Shown here in pieces: positions 51,943 to 64,000 of a stretch of DNA of 64,000 bases; within the stretch, counting starts at the first letter, position 1; each line of letters begins with the position of its first letter. The notes beneath the pieces are model-generated. The model was not told the origin of the DNA. It searched no databases and saw only the letters and a list, made by a program, of their open reading frames with translations. The position numbers and the translations under genes are program-made. The stretch is from Rhynchobatus australiae (taxonomy: Eukaryota), in NCBI GenBank assembly GCA_034780895.1, contig JAUZTB010000001.1, positions 19,358,520-19,422,519 on the forward strand, given 5' to 3'.

Positions 51943-54900
51943 AGTCTCCATCTCCAGATTTTCATGGTTGTTGGTTTTGCACAATGACTGCTCAACCTTC
52001 CTCTTCTTAGGCAGTCCCTTGGGGTTGAAGATGACTTGCTTTCATTCCACTTATATGGGTTCCGATGTTGCTGATGGGGTCTATTAAATTTGCCACAGAA
52101 AGTAAAGCAATTAATAATACGCGCATCATTTGAACAGCAAGATAAATGTCACCACCAATCTTTCTTGCAAATAANNNNNNNNNNNNNNNNNNNNNNNNNN
52201 GTTTTTAGTTCAACTATTTTAAAATGTTATCAGATCCCGAAGACTTGTCAGATATCTCTTTAGTCCCGCTAAATACTGTTACTTTTGTTGCAAAATATTG
52301 CTTAAGAGAAATATTACTCCTCCAAAAAAAAAAATCGATAAAATAATGCTGGGACAGGCCAAAAATAATCAACACACAGAACAAACTTTTGATAATCTTT
52401 GGTTCACGTCACCAATTTAACAAAGTTATTTTTGAATTCTTTCCAATACAGAAATATGCTTCATAACGCTAACACATCATTAGTAAGAACTTTAATGCTA
52501 TATTGATTTTCAGTTTGGGAGTAAACAAAACTGGTCAAAAAAAACTATTCTACGAGATGATTTTTCTAAGTTTTTAAAATAAGCATTCAGTTTTTCCTTT
52601 CCTTCCATTAAATAGTAAAAATGAATACTAAACAAGGATAATGTTAATTAAATAGATGGCAAGGTTTACAGTTACCTAGTGGATAATGCAGACGAGCCTT
52701 TACTAGATATATTAAAGATCTCCAGGCTGATATGGTACTAAGTGACAGCTAATTTCGAGTTATGAGTGTTTAGGTATTACAAAATATATGGCAAAACTTG
52801 GCAAACACAAAATGAACACTATTTTAACAAACTTTGTTTTAGAAAAGGGAAAAAAGTCCTGCAATCAGTGCACCTTAAAACCAGAATCAGGTGAGACTAA
52901 TCTTGAACAATTTCTTTGGCCCTTCAAAATTGTGGTTGAGAAAAACTAAAACCTATACAAATATTTGGTTTACTTAGGTTGCTGCAATACCAAAGGGACT
53001 TTAAAAACAACTTTCATTGATATGGTGTATCAAAGATTCTTCTCTTGGGTCAATTAGGATGAAACAGATGCAACAGTGCCTTCTTAATAAATGCAAAAAT
53101 TCTATAACACTATTTTAGGCAAACAAATGAGTTATTCCAGGTTTTCAGGACAGTATTATCTTGCAACCAAGGTCAGAAAACTTGATAATTTGGCAATGAT
53201 GAAATTGCTGCTTGTTAGAGCTTGCTGTGTGCAGATTGGCTATTACACTTTCTAGATAAAGATAGTGACTATACTTCAAAAGCATTTCATTAACTGTACG
53301 TGTGAAAAATCTTGGTTGTGAACAGCAAAATAGAATTATCATTCTTATGTCAAGAATGCACTGAAAACAATAAAGGTAATAATTCATTTTGTAGTTTAGT
53401 CAAACTAAATATTTGTGCCTTATGAGTGGCAATGTATTAATTTTACTCTGGTGTAGGCCCAGAGACATCAAAAACATTGATCTATTAAGCCCTTCATTCT
53501 TGAGACCATGCTCGTGAACCACCTCTGGACCCTCTCCAGGGCCTGCACATCTTTCCTTGGAGACAGGGCCCAAAATTACTCACAATATTCGAAATGCAGT
53601 CTGACAAAACCCTAATAAAGCCTCAGCAGAACAGAATCTATTCATAAATAAAAGTTTACTGCTAAATCAACTGGACAGAATGAGAGAATGGAGGCCAGTG
53701 TTACTTTTGGAATTGTCATTAAAGATGCAAATTATTCTTTGGATCATAACTGTTCTCGTTAGGTCTTCCTTACATTCCTCAACGCAACCAAGACAAAAAT
53801 AAAAAATGTATTAATATTCACAGAAGTTATGTTATCCATCATTCTGCCACTCTGGACATCACACAATATACTTACTACCACTAGTTTCTGTTTTTTTAAA
53901 AAAGCAAAAGTATTTTCAATTCATACCACCCTAAAAATAATTTTACCAAATACGATTATGTCTTTGTAGTGTGTTAATTATGATTGATCACTTAAACTGG
54001 ATGTGTTTCTTCAATTTAAGACATTTGGGAAATCTGCCAAGGAAACAACTTTTACAACACCAATACACCATACTTGCAATGTGCATCATTGAAAGATGTA
54101 CTGCAGCAACTTGCTAAGCTTTCTTCAGCTTGTGAACCCAGTACTTCTAACATACCCTTCCAGTCATACTCCATCTTTTTTGGAAAGGCATTGCCATTCT
54201 TTCAATGTCACTGGGTCAAAAATCAAGGAACTTCAACCTAAAAGTACCATAGGGGAACTTTTAAGTGCCACAACGACATGAATTCAAGATGGACACCAAA
54301 TGCTGCTCTTGATAGTCACACCCACATCCTGCAAGCAAATAATCAAAGTTGAATCTAGCTGTATTAGCAGGTAAAGTTGCACTTGTTGAAACTTGGTGAC
54401 AAAATAACCTCAAGTACAAATACTCCACTACCTAATTTCACTTATGCCCATATCCAAAATGAGACTGATACACACCACTGTCAATTATTTTCAATTCATG
54501 TATCTGTTCAGTATTCTCATCTTGCTGGAAGAATGAGTCAAAGGTAACATAACCATTTACATTTTTACTTTGATTTGGAAGCCACAGAAAAATGCCCACG
54601 CCTAAATTGGAGCCCAGATATGTTATCAGAGTCTATTGGGATCCAACAATGTGTGTTTGGTCAGTTTTGAAAAGAGGGCTCTTGGGATAAGGTTCGGCCT
54701 ACTGTCACTGGTTCTTTATACATAAATGGTCTAATAAGACCTTAAGATTTATAAGCAGAATTAGGCCATTTGGCCCATGGAATCTGTTCCGCTATTCAAT
54801 CATGGCTGATTTTTTTTCCAAACCCCATTCTCCCTGTAACCCTTAATCCAATTACCAATCAAGAAAATGTCAATCTCTATCTTAAATATACCTAATGACT

Positions 54901-55688
54901 TGGCCCCCTGTGGCAACAAATTCCACAGATTCACCATCCTCTGGCTGAAGAAATTCCTCATCTTAGTTTTTAGAGAGATGCCCCTTTATTCTGAGGCTGT
55001 GCCCTCAGATCCTGGACTCTCCTACTAATGGAAATCTTCTCTCCATATCTACTCTATCCAGGCTTTTCAGTATCTGGTAGGTTTCAATGAGATCCCACCC
55101 CATCCTTCTAAACTCCATCGAGTACAGGCTTGGAGACAATAAACACATCTCATGCCAAAAGAAAACCTTTCATTCCTGGGATCATTCTTGTAAACCTCCT
55201 CTGGACCGTCTCCAAGGCAGCCATCACATCTTTCCTTAGATACAGGGCCCAAATTGCTCACAATATGCCAAGTGGGGTCTGACCAACAGTTTACAAAATC
55301 TCAAGAGTATATCCTTGCTTTCATGTCCTAGCCCTCTCAAAATGAATGCTAACATTGCATTTGCCTTCTTCACTACTGCCTCAACCTGCAAGTTAACCTT
55401 TCGTGAATCCTGAACAAAGGACTCCCAAGTCCCTTTGCACCTCTGATTTCTGAACACTTTCCCCCATTTAGAAAACAGTCAATACCTTAATCCTTCCTAT
55501 CAAAGTGCATAACCCCACAATTCCCTCCACAGTATAACATCTGCCACTTCTTTGCCCACTGTCCCAACCTGTACAAGTCCTTCTGCAGACTCCCTGCCTC
55601 TGTGATACTACTTGTTCCTCTACCTATCTTGCTATCGTCATTGTGGTTAAGTTTACAAACATCAGTTCCTTCATATAGATCATTGATA

Positions 55689-57092
55689 TAGTGGCATGCC
55701 AAAGTTTGGGCACCCCGGTCAAAATTTCTGATACTGTGAATAGCTAAGCAAGTAAAAGATGACCTGATTTCCAAAAGGCATGAAGTTAAAGATGACACAT
55801 TTAATATTTTAAGATTACTTTTTTATTCCCATCTTTTACAGTTTCAAAATAACAAAAGGAAAAGGCCCCGAAGCAAAAGTTTGAGCACCCTGCATGGTCA
55901 GTACTAAGTAACACCCAAGTGTGTGGGTGTTACTAAGTACACCCAAGATACTTTGGCAAGTATCACAGCTTGTAAGTGCTTTCTGTCGCCAGCTAAGAGT
56001 CTTTCAATTCTTGTTTGGAGGATTTTCACCCATTCTTCCTTGCAAAAGGCTTCTAGCTCTGAGAGATTCTTGGGCTCTCTTGCATGCACTGCTCTTTTGA
56101 GGACTATCCACAGACTTTCAATGATGTTTAGATCGGGGGACTGTGAGTGCCATGGCAAAACCTTCAGCTTGTGCCTCTTGAGGTAGTCCATAGTGGATTT
56201 TGAGGTGTGTTTAGCATCGTTATCCTGTTGTAGAAGCCATCCTCTTTTTACCTTCAGCTTTTTTTTAAGCAGATGGTGCGATATTTGCTTCCAGAATTTG
56301 CTGGTATTTAATTAAATTCAATCTTCCCTCCACTAGTGAAATTTTCCCCATGCCACTGGCTGNNNNNNNNNNNNNNNNNNNNNNNNNNNNNNNNNNNNNN
56401 NNNNNNNNNNNNNNNNNNNNNNNNNNNNNNNNNNNNNNNNNNNNNNNNNNNNNNNNNNNNNNNNNNNNNNNNNNNNNNNNNNNNNNNNNNNNNNNNNNNN
56501 NNNNNNNNNNNNNNNNNNNNNNNNNNNNNNNNNNNNNNNNNNNNNNNNNNNNNNNNNNNNNNNNNNNNNNNNNNNNNNNNNNNNNNNNNNNNNNNNNNNN
56601 NNNNNNNNNNNNNNNNNNNNNNNNNNNNNNNNNNNNNNNNNNNNNNNNNNNNNNNNNNNNNNNNNNNNNNNNNNNNNNNNNNNNNNNNNNNNNNNNNNNN
56701 NNNNNNNNNNNNNNNNNNNNNNNNNNNNNNNNNNNNNNNNNNNNNNNNNNNNNNNNNNNNNNNNNNNNNNNNNNNNNNNNNNNNNNNNNNNNNNNNNNNN
56801 NNNNNNNNNNNNNNNNNNNNNNNNNNNNNNNNNNNNNNNNNNNNNNNNNNNNNNNNNNNNNNNNNNNNNNNNNNNNNNNNNNNNNNNNNNNNNNNNNNNN
56901 NNNNNNNNNNNNNNNNNNNNNNNNNNNNNNNNNNNNNNNNNNNNNNNNNNNNNNNNNNNNNNNNNNNNNNNNNNNNNNNNNNNNNNNNNNNNNNNNNNNN
57001 NNNNNNNNNNNNNNNNNNNATCTTTTACTTGCTTAGCTATTCACAGTAACAGAAATTTTGACCAGGGGTGCCCAAACTTTTGCATGCCACTG
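55689..57092 (-). mobile_element. Tc1-family DNA transposon with IR/DR-type long TIRs; defective, centre in a gap
   Basis: TIRs (T/C)AGTGGCATGC.AAAGTTTGGGCACCCC.GGTCAAAATTTCTG at both ends, each flanked by TA. Inner direct repeat GCAAAAGTTTGAGCACCC near 55873. Transposase C-terminus WHSQSPDLNIIESLW..LK. Confidence 0.93.
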
Positions 57093-57175
57093 TATAAAGT
57101 GAAAAGGTGCAGTCCCAACACTGACCCCTGCAGAACTCCACTAGTCAATGGCAGCCATCCTGAAAAGGACCCTTC

Positions 57176-58430
57176 TAACAGAACATAGAACAGTACAGCA
57201 CAGAACACGCCAACAATGTTGTGCTAGCATAGCTAATCCCTTCTTCCTATAGAAATCCCATATCCCTCCATTTTCCTCTCATTCATGTGCCCATCCAAGG
57301 TCCTCTTTAAAGCCCCCAATGAATTTGCCTCCACCACCCTATCAGGCAATGCATTCCAGGCATCCACCACTTGGAGTAAAAAAAGTACCCTTCAAGTCTG
57401 TTGATCCTACCCCCTCTCACCTTAAATGCATACCCTCTGGTGTTGGAGTGCTCAATAATGGGAGAAAGATATTGCTTGTCCACCCTATGCTCCTCATAAT
57501 TTTATACACTTCCAACAGATCACCCTTCAGCCTCCACCGCCCCAGAGAAAAGAATCCTCTCTTGATAGCACATGCCCTCTAATCCAAGCAGCATCCTAGT
57601 AAATCTCCTCTGCACCCTCTCTAAAGCCTCAATATCCTTCCTGTAGTGTGACCAGAACTGTATGCAAAACTGTTAATGTGGCCTAACCAGAGTTCTATAG
57701 AAACATATCATAACTTTTTGACTCCTATTCTCAATACCTCGATTAATGAAAGCAAGCATTCCATAAACCTTCTTTACCACCCTATCTACCTGTGTAGTCA
57801 CTTTTATTGAGCCATGGATTTGCACCCCAAGGTCTCTCTGCTCTTCAACACTTAAGGTGTCTTGCCCTTTAGAGTGTACTGCCTCTTGACATTAGTTCCA
57901 CCAAGGTGCAACACCTCATTTATCTGGGTTAAACACCATCTGCCATTTCTCTGTCCACATCTGTAACTCATCTACGTCACGTTGTATCTGTTGCCAGTCT
58001 TCTACACTATTCACAACTCCACCAATCTTGGTATCAACTACAAACTTACTAACCCACCATTCAACATACTCATCCAGGTCATTTATGTGCATCACAAACA
58101 GCAGAGGTCCAGTACAGATCCCTGTGGAACACCACTACTCACAGGTCTCCAGCCTGAATAAGTCCCTTCAACCATCACCCTATCTTCTGTGGGCAAGCCA
58201 GTTTTGGATCCACACAACCAATTCTCCACTGACCCCATGNNNNNNNNNNNNNNNNNNNNNNNNNNNNNNNNNNNNNNNNNNNNNNNNNNNNNNNNNNNNN
58301 NNNNNNNNNNNNNNNNNNNNNNNNNNNNNNNNNNNNNNNACCCCATGCCTCCAAACTTTCTTGATTAACCAATGACATGTGACCTTGTCAAATGCCTTAC
58401 TGAAGCCCATATAGTTAACATTCACAGCTC
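57176..58430 (-). mobile_element. Second CR1 subfamily copy inserted in the host CR1
   Basis: Has its own 3' tail (AGAACATAGAACAGTACAGCACAG) and RT motifs FSKAFDKV, WIQNWL and SGVPQGSVL. Confidence 0.8.
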
Positions 58431-59637
58431 TGAACCATTCTGACTTCTGCCAGTCAGCCAATCTTCTTTCCATGCTAGTAAGGAATCTGCATGTTCTCCC
58501 TATGATTGCATAGGTTTCCTCTGGGTGTTCCGGTTTCCTCCCAAATTCCAAAGACATATAGGTTAGGAAGTTGTGGGCATGCGTCAGAAGTGGGGCGACA
58601 CATGCAGGCTGCCCCCAGAACATTCTACACAAAGATGCATTTCACTGTAATAAAGAAATCTTGTATCTTATATATAGTACCTTGCTTCCAACACCATGGG
58701 CTCTTATCTTGTTTAGCAGCCTAATATCCGGTGCCTTTTCAAAGGCCTTCTAAAAATCCAAGAAAATAACATCTACTGATTCTCCTTTGTCTAACCCATT
58801 TGTTACCTCTTCAAAGAATTCTAACAGATTTGTCAGGCAAGATCTCCCTCATAATGTTCTTGATTTTCATTATCTAGATNNNNNNNNNNNNNNNNNNNNN
58901 NNNNNNNNNNNNNNNNNNNNNNNNNNNNNNNNNNNNNNNNNNNNNNNNNNNNNNNNNNNNNNNNNNNNNNNNNNNNNNNNNNNNNNNNNNNNNNNNNNNN
59001 NNNNNNNNNNNNNNNNNNNNNNNNNNNNNNNNNNNNNNNNNGGGGGGGGCACCAATTAAGGGTGCTGGTTTGCTCTGGTTGGTGTCAAGCTTCTTGAAAG
59101 TTGTTTGAGCTTTACTAATCCATGACAGTGGACTGTATCCTATCATGCTGCTGACTTATACCTGGCAGATGATGGAAAGACTTTGGGGTATCAGGAGGCA
59201 ATTCACTTTCCAAATGTTGATGGTTCAAGAACTAGCATTGATAATACCATTGAATGTTTAGTCTCTTGTTGCAAGTGGTCATTGGTTGGCATTTTTATGT
59301 CACAAATATTGTATGCCCGTGGTCAAGAACTCCTGCAATCATGTCCTGGCATTAGGATCACTGACAGTGAACAACTAATCACATTTCTGTAGAGTATGAC
59401 TCCAATCGTTGGAATGTTTTTCCCCTTAGACACCCATTGGTTTTAGTTTATTAGGACTTCCTGATGAGACAGTTGGTCAACTGCCTTGATGACAGGAGGT
59501 CTCCCTCTCTACTCAGCTCTAGAATAATAGGATGTAATGGATTCAAGTTTGCTTACAATAATGTCTTACTGTCATTTGGTAATATACCTGGAAGTAATAA
59601 TTTATAGAAATTAATAGAATGTGAAGCTTGGATAGAT

Positions 59638-59985
59638 TGGCAGTGAAGCAGCTTGTGGCGCTGCTGCCTTACACCACTGGAGACCTGGGTTCATCCTGAC
59701 CTCTGGTGTTGTGTGAAATTTGCATGTTCTCCCTGTGACTGTGTGGGCTTCCTCCATGTGTTCCTGTTTCCTCCCACATCCCAAAGATATTCAGGTTCGT
59801 AGATTGATTGACAACTGTAAATTGCCCCTAGTGAGTGGTAGAATCTGGGAGAGTTGATGAGAATGGGGTGAGAAAAAAATTCTAGGATTAATATNNNNNG
59901 ATTAGTGCAAGTAGGTGGTTGATGGTCAGTGTAGACATAGTGGGCCAAGGGGCCTGTTTCCATTCTGCATCTTTTTATGACTCTA
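59638..59985 (+). mobile_element. V-SINE-like element, near full length
   Basis: GGAGACCTGGGTTCATCCTG B-box region, TTTGCATGTTCTCCCTGTGACTG core and tail GGGCCAAGGGGCCTGTTTCC. Confidence 0.75.
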
Positions 59986-60719
59986 CAAGGTTAGTATTCC
60001 TTTGGAAATACATAACACTTTCATTGTTTGGCAAATGTAGCTGAAATACAGTGTACACGTGTTATGGCAGTTCACATAACAGAATTCACAAATCACTACC
60101 AAACATCAAAATTTGCTCCTAACAGAATTTTTTGTGAAAAAAATAAAGATATATACAGAGAACTCAGACAAAAGATTCTGCAGATGCTGAAATCTGAAGC
60201 AACACACAAAATGCTGGGGCTCAACCCAGAACGTCAACTGTTTATTTCCCTCCATAGATGCTACCTGACCTGCTGAGTTCCTCCAGCATTTTGTGTGCCT
60301 TGCTGCAGGGAACTCAATTAGTTTACAAAGGACAATGAATCACATGCTGCTGGTTCACAGCAGGAGGCCACTTGAGATTTGTTTTGGGAACTGACAGGGT
60401 TTGCACAACAATACTTTATCAAACAATGCAATATCCATATCTAGTTAAATAAAAGCCTTTTTTTCTTGCCTACAATATAATCAGAATTCCTTTGCCTACC
60501 AACTACACAAAATTTTCCTGGAGGAACGTGTCTCCACATAACATAGATTTCAAATAGGGGGCAAAGGATTTACTTTACGGAAAATTGTGACGCAGCTGCT
60601 TTCCTTGGGATGTAGCCTCTCAGTAGTGTGGTACACTGCACTGGAGAAGGGTGGGTTCAATGCAAAGGAGAAGTAAATAAAAATTAGTTCTTTACAGAAA
60701 TACTACGAGAGAAATCAAC

Positions 60720-61550
60720 GAGCCTGAAAAATGATAACTTTCAAGGACAATCTAACATTGCGGAGTTTTGAAAGATGGCTATGGAGTTCATAGATGCTCT
60801 GGGTTTTTAATCTTCCAAAATTTAAAACAGTTTGAAATGATGCCTGCAGATTGGAGGATAACAAAGGAAGTCCTTATTATTTAAGAAAAGAGAAAGAAAA
60901 GAGAACTATGGACCCATGAACATGATATTAGTACCTGAGAAATGCCGGAACCTAAAGGATTGAAAGAAAGACAAAAAAATAGTAATGTCTGACCAGAGTC
61001 AACATAAATTTATGAAAGTGAAATATTGTTCATTAATCTGATGGGGTTGAGAATGGATCTAGCTCAGTAGATGAGGGGGAACCAATGGAATGGTACATGT
61101 GGATTTTCAGAAAGCTTCTGATAAAGACCTATGCAAGAGGTTGCTTAACAAGATTACAAGACATAATAAACTAGTGTTAATTGAGAGCTGTTTAAATCAA
61201 CAGAAAATAAAAATAGGAATAAACAGGCCCTTCTCAGGTTGGCAAGTTGCGATCTATGGGTTATCACAGGGATCGGTGCTTGGTCTCCATCTATTCACAG
61301 TCTATATCAATGATTTTGCCAATGATCAAATGCAACATTTCCAAGTAAGCTGATTATACAAAACTAAGTGAGAACGTAAGTAGCAATGAGGATTCAGAGA
61401 GGCTTCGAGAGGTTATAGACAAGTTGAGCAAAAGGGTAATGTGCCATATGAAGTACAATGCAACAAAGTGTGAGGCTATCTACTTGAGAAAACAAAATGC
61501 TGTACTTTTTTAAAAAAATAGTAAGAGATTGAAAGTGCTGATGTTCAAAG
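60720..61550 (+). mobile_element. Old CR1 RT fragment
   Basis: HVDFQKASDK and SQGSVLGLHLFTVYIND, with stops and frameshifts. Confidence 0.8.
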
Positions 61551-64000
61551 CAAAAACTTATCAAATTCTCTTCCTACTGTCATTATTTCATCCTTCATTA
61601 TGACCAACCCACTCATTTTCAATTTTGTCTCAAATATCCTGAAATATTTAGTTTCCAACCTTCAGTATACACAACCATGTTGCTGCAACATTAATTTTTA
61701 ATGTGTGTGCATTCATTTATCCATTTTGTAGTAAAATGTGCATTCAATAAGGTTAATTTATTTTTCATGTTTAACTGATGCCACTAATGTCCTACACACT
61801 GTTTAGCTCCCTGCTTTTCTACTCTATACCTCAGGTCAAGAGTTTCACATCTTTTAATTTATTTCAAGTGTACATTCAGCTTCAGGTGTTCATATACTAA
61901 GTTTCATGACATTATGTATTTTATATTGCTTGACCAAGATGTATTACTTTACACACCTTTGAAAATTAAATTTAATCTGCGATGAGTCTACATAATTCGC
62001 CACCAGGTCCTAGAATCAGAATCAATGCCCTCTTTATGCTTGCCCACTGTTTACATTTAAGAAATGTGTCAACTGCAATTAAAGCCCCGATTAATTTAAT
62101 CTGCAAAAAAAATAAAGACATGCATTTATGTAACATCTTTCTTGACCCCAGGATCTCCCAAAGTTTTTCTACTCCCAGTTAATTGCCCTATAAGTATAAT
62201 TATTGCTTTACCGAATGAAACAGTCACAATTTGTGTACCATCAGATTCCAAACAGCTGAGAAACAAGATAACTTTTCTGTGATGTTGATGGGTCAGCCAG
62301 GGCAATATGAAAGTTAGACTGAATTGCAAAGAAGCTTTTCATGTGATACAGAACTTTTCTTCCCTCCTTTTAAGGCATGTATTTTCCATTTTACCACAAC
62401 ACATTGAAGATCAGAAGATTGGGAAAGTTGGTGAATTGCTTGAAGTGTTGTAGATATCAGAACAGAGGGAAAAAACAAGATTGCTTTATCTCAAATCATA
62501 CACAATTTAGTCCATTTGACTAAAACATTTTTCGATAATTTAAACAGTAACAAATCAACAAACACCATAGCAAAAATTGTTTTCTAAAAATATTAAGACA
62601 GCAATCAAGACCATGGAACCAAGTGATAAGTTAACAAAAGTTAAAACATTGGTTACTAAATTAAGAGAAAACATTTCACTGTGCATAAAGTTTCTATGGG
62701 AAGAAGATAAAATCAAGGGTTATAATCTATTATCTATGCTCTAATGCTGCATAGCCATTGAACATTNNNNNNNNNNNNNNNNNNNNNNNNNNNNNNNNNN
62801 NNNNNNNNNNNNNNNNNNNNNNNNNNNNNNNNNNNNNNNNNNNNNNNNNNNNNNNNNNNNNNNNNNNNNNNNNNNNNNNNNNNNNNNNNNNNNNNNNNNN
62901 NNNNNNNNNNNNNNNNNNNNNNNNNNNNNNNNNNNNNNNNNNNNNNNNNNNNNNNNNNNNNNNNNNNNNNNNNNNNNNNNNNNNNNNNNNNNNNNNNNNN
63001 NNNNNNNNNNNNNNNNNNNNNNNNNNNNNNNNNNNNNNNNNNNNNNNNNNNNNNNNNNNNNNNNNNNNNNNNNNNNNNNNNNNNNNNNNNNNNGAAATGA
63101 ATTGGTAAACCAAGCATTCCAAGTTGTCACCACTACTCTTCTCTTAAAGAATGAATACCTACTCTTGTTCAAATGTTGTTACTGCTGACTGAAATCACAT
63201 TAACCCCAAGTTAATATACAAGAGAGAAGTCCAAATGTCATACAAAACAAATATAGCCAAAGAGCCTATCTGATGATCTATTATAGTGGAGAAAAGAGTC
63301 AGAGGCAAATATAAATCAGGAGGTAAGCTGTACATAATTCATTGCGTAGTTTTGACAATTCCCTTCAGCAGTACATAACTAGTTTTCTGAACAAGATCAC
63401 TGATGCTTAACTGTAAGAGGAATACATTTGTTATTCTTTGTACTTGATCAAGTGCTACAGTACACTCAAACTATGAAACTCTGAAACATCCAGCTTGTTC
63501 AGGCATCCACACTCAAGAACATACAGCACTCAGGTGGAAAAATATGCATTTAAAAGCTGGGTAATAGTTGATCTGTAATTTGTCAAATGCACTACTTCTA
63601 AATAGCATTGGTAACACTGATAGCATGGAGAAATAAAGCAATTTTTCAAGGATATTGGTCAGTAGATACAGGTAATTTCTGAAGGACAACAAAAACATAC
63701 AAAATACAGTAAAAACTCCAATAATGCAGCACATTTGGGACTTCAGTGGTGCAGGATTTGCAGATTTTCTGGACAATTGGATATTATTTCTATTAATATC
63801 CCATCACACTAACTTCTTTTTTTTGGATGTTAGGCAGCATTACAATACATTTTTCTCCAGTGAACCAAGTTCAAAGGGAGCGCAGGAACCAGGGCTCCAG
63901 TGAGCATAAAGGGAGCAAACACACAGGATTTCCAAACTGTGAGGTAGTGGATTATTAGAGTTTTACAAGGAACATTGAGTTTAAAAGAGGAATCTTGTAA

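Larger units (their letters stand above)
54740..58855 (-). mobile_element. CR1 LINE (host element) interrupted by Tc1, a second CR1 and a SINE
   Basis: Collinear RT pieces at about 54740-55688, 57093-57175, 58440-58478 and 58670-58855. The LFTLYINDL motif is split by the Tc1. Confidence 0.8.

Noticed and set aside
56336-57049. Long ORFs of 100-237 aa made mostly of X (also 12481-12807, 58787-59146, 62730-63172)
   Set aside because: Artefacts of translating N gaps.

Overview
AT-rich vertebrate genomic DNA from a gapped draft assembly. The repeat content (CR1, Rex/Babar and L2 LINEs, V-SINEs, Penelope remnants) suggests a cartilaginous fish; this is inference. The window is spanned on the minus strand by MBD5 (methyl-CpG-binding domain protein 5, MBD + PWWP). 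Seven coding exons are identifiable with consistent GT-AG sites and phases: 45629-45738, 38060 into a gap, 34862-35042, 30275-32368, 22169-23161, 9069-9283 and 4730-5941. The last coding exons were not found and probably lie left of the window. Most unusual items: (1) an orphan LMCD1-like PET-domain exon with its own splice acceptor inside an MBD5 intron, either a real duplicated exon or a misassembly; (2) a candidate unannotated 72-nt in-frame MBD5 cassette exon; (3) Penelope-derived foldback repeats with degenerate hammerhead-ribozyme cores; (4) a uATG-dense 5' UTR; (5) a Tc1/CR1/SINE nest with a templated micro-inversion. I found no convincing wholly new biological system. Protein assignments are from recalled family sequences, not database searches, and TE boundaries are approximate.
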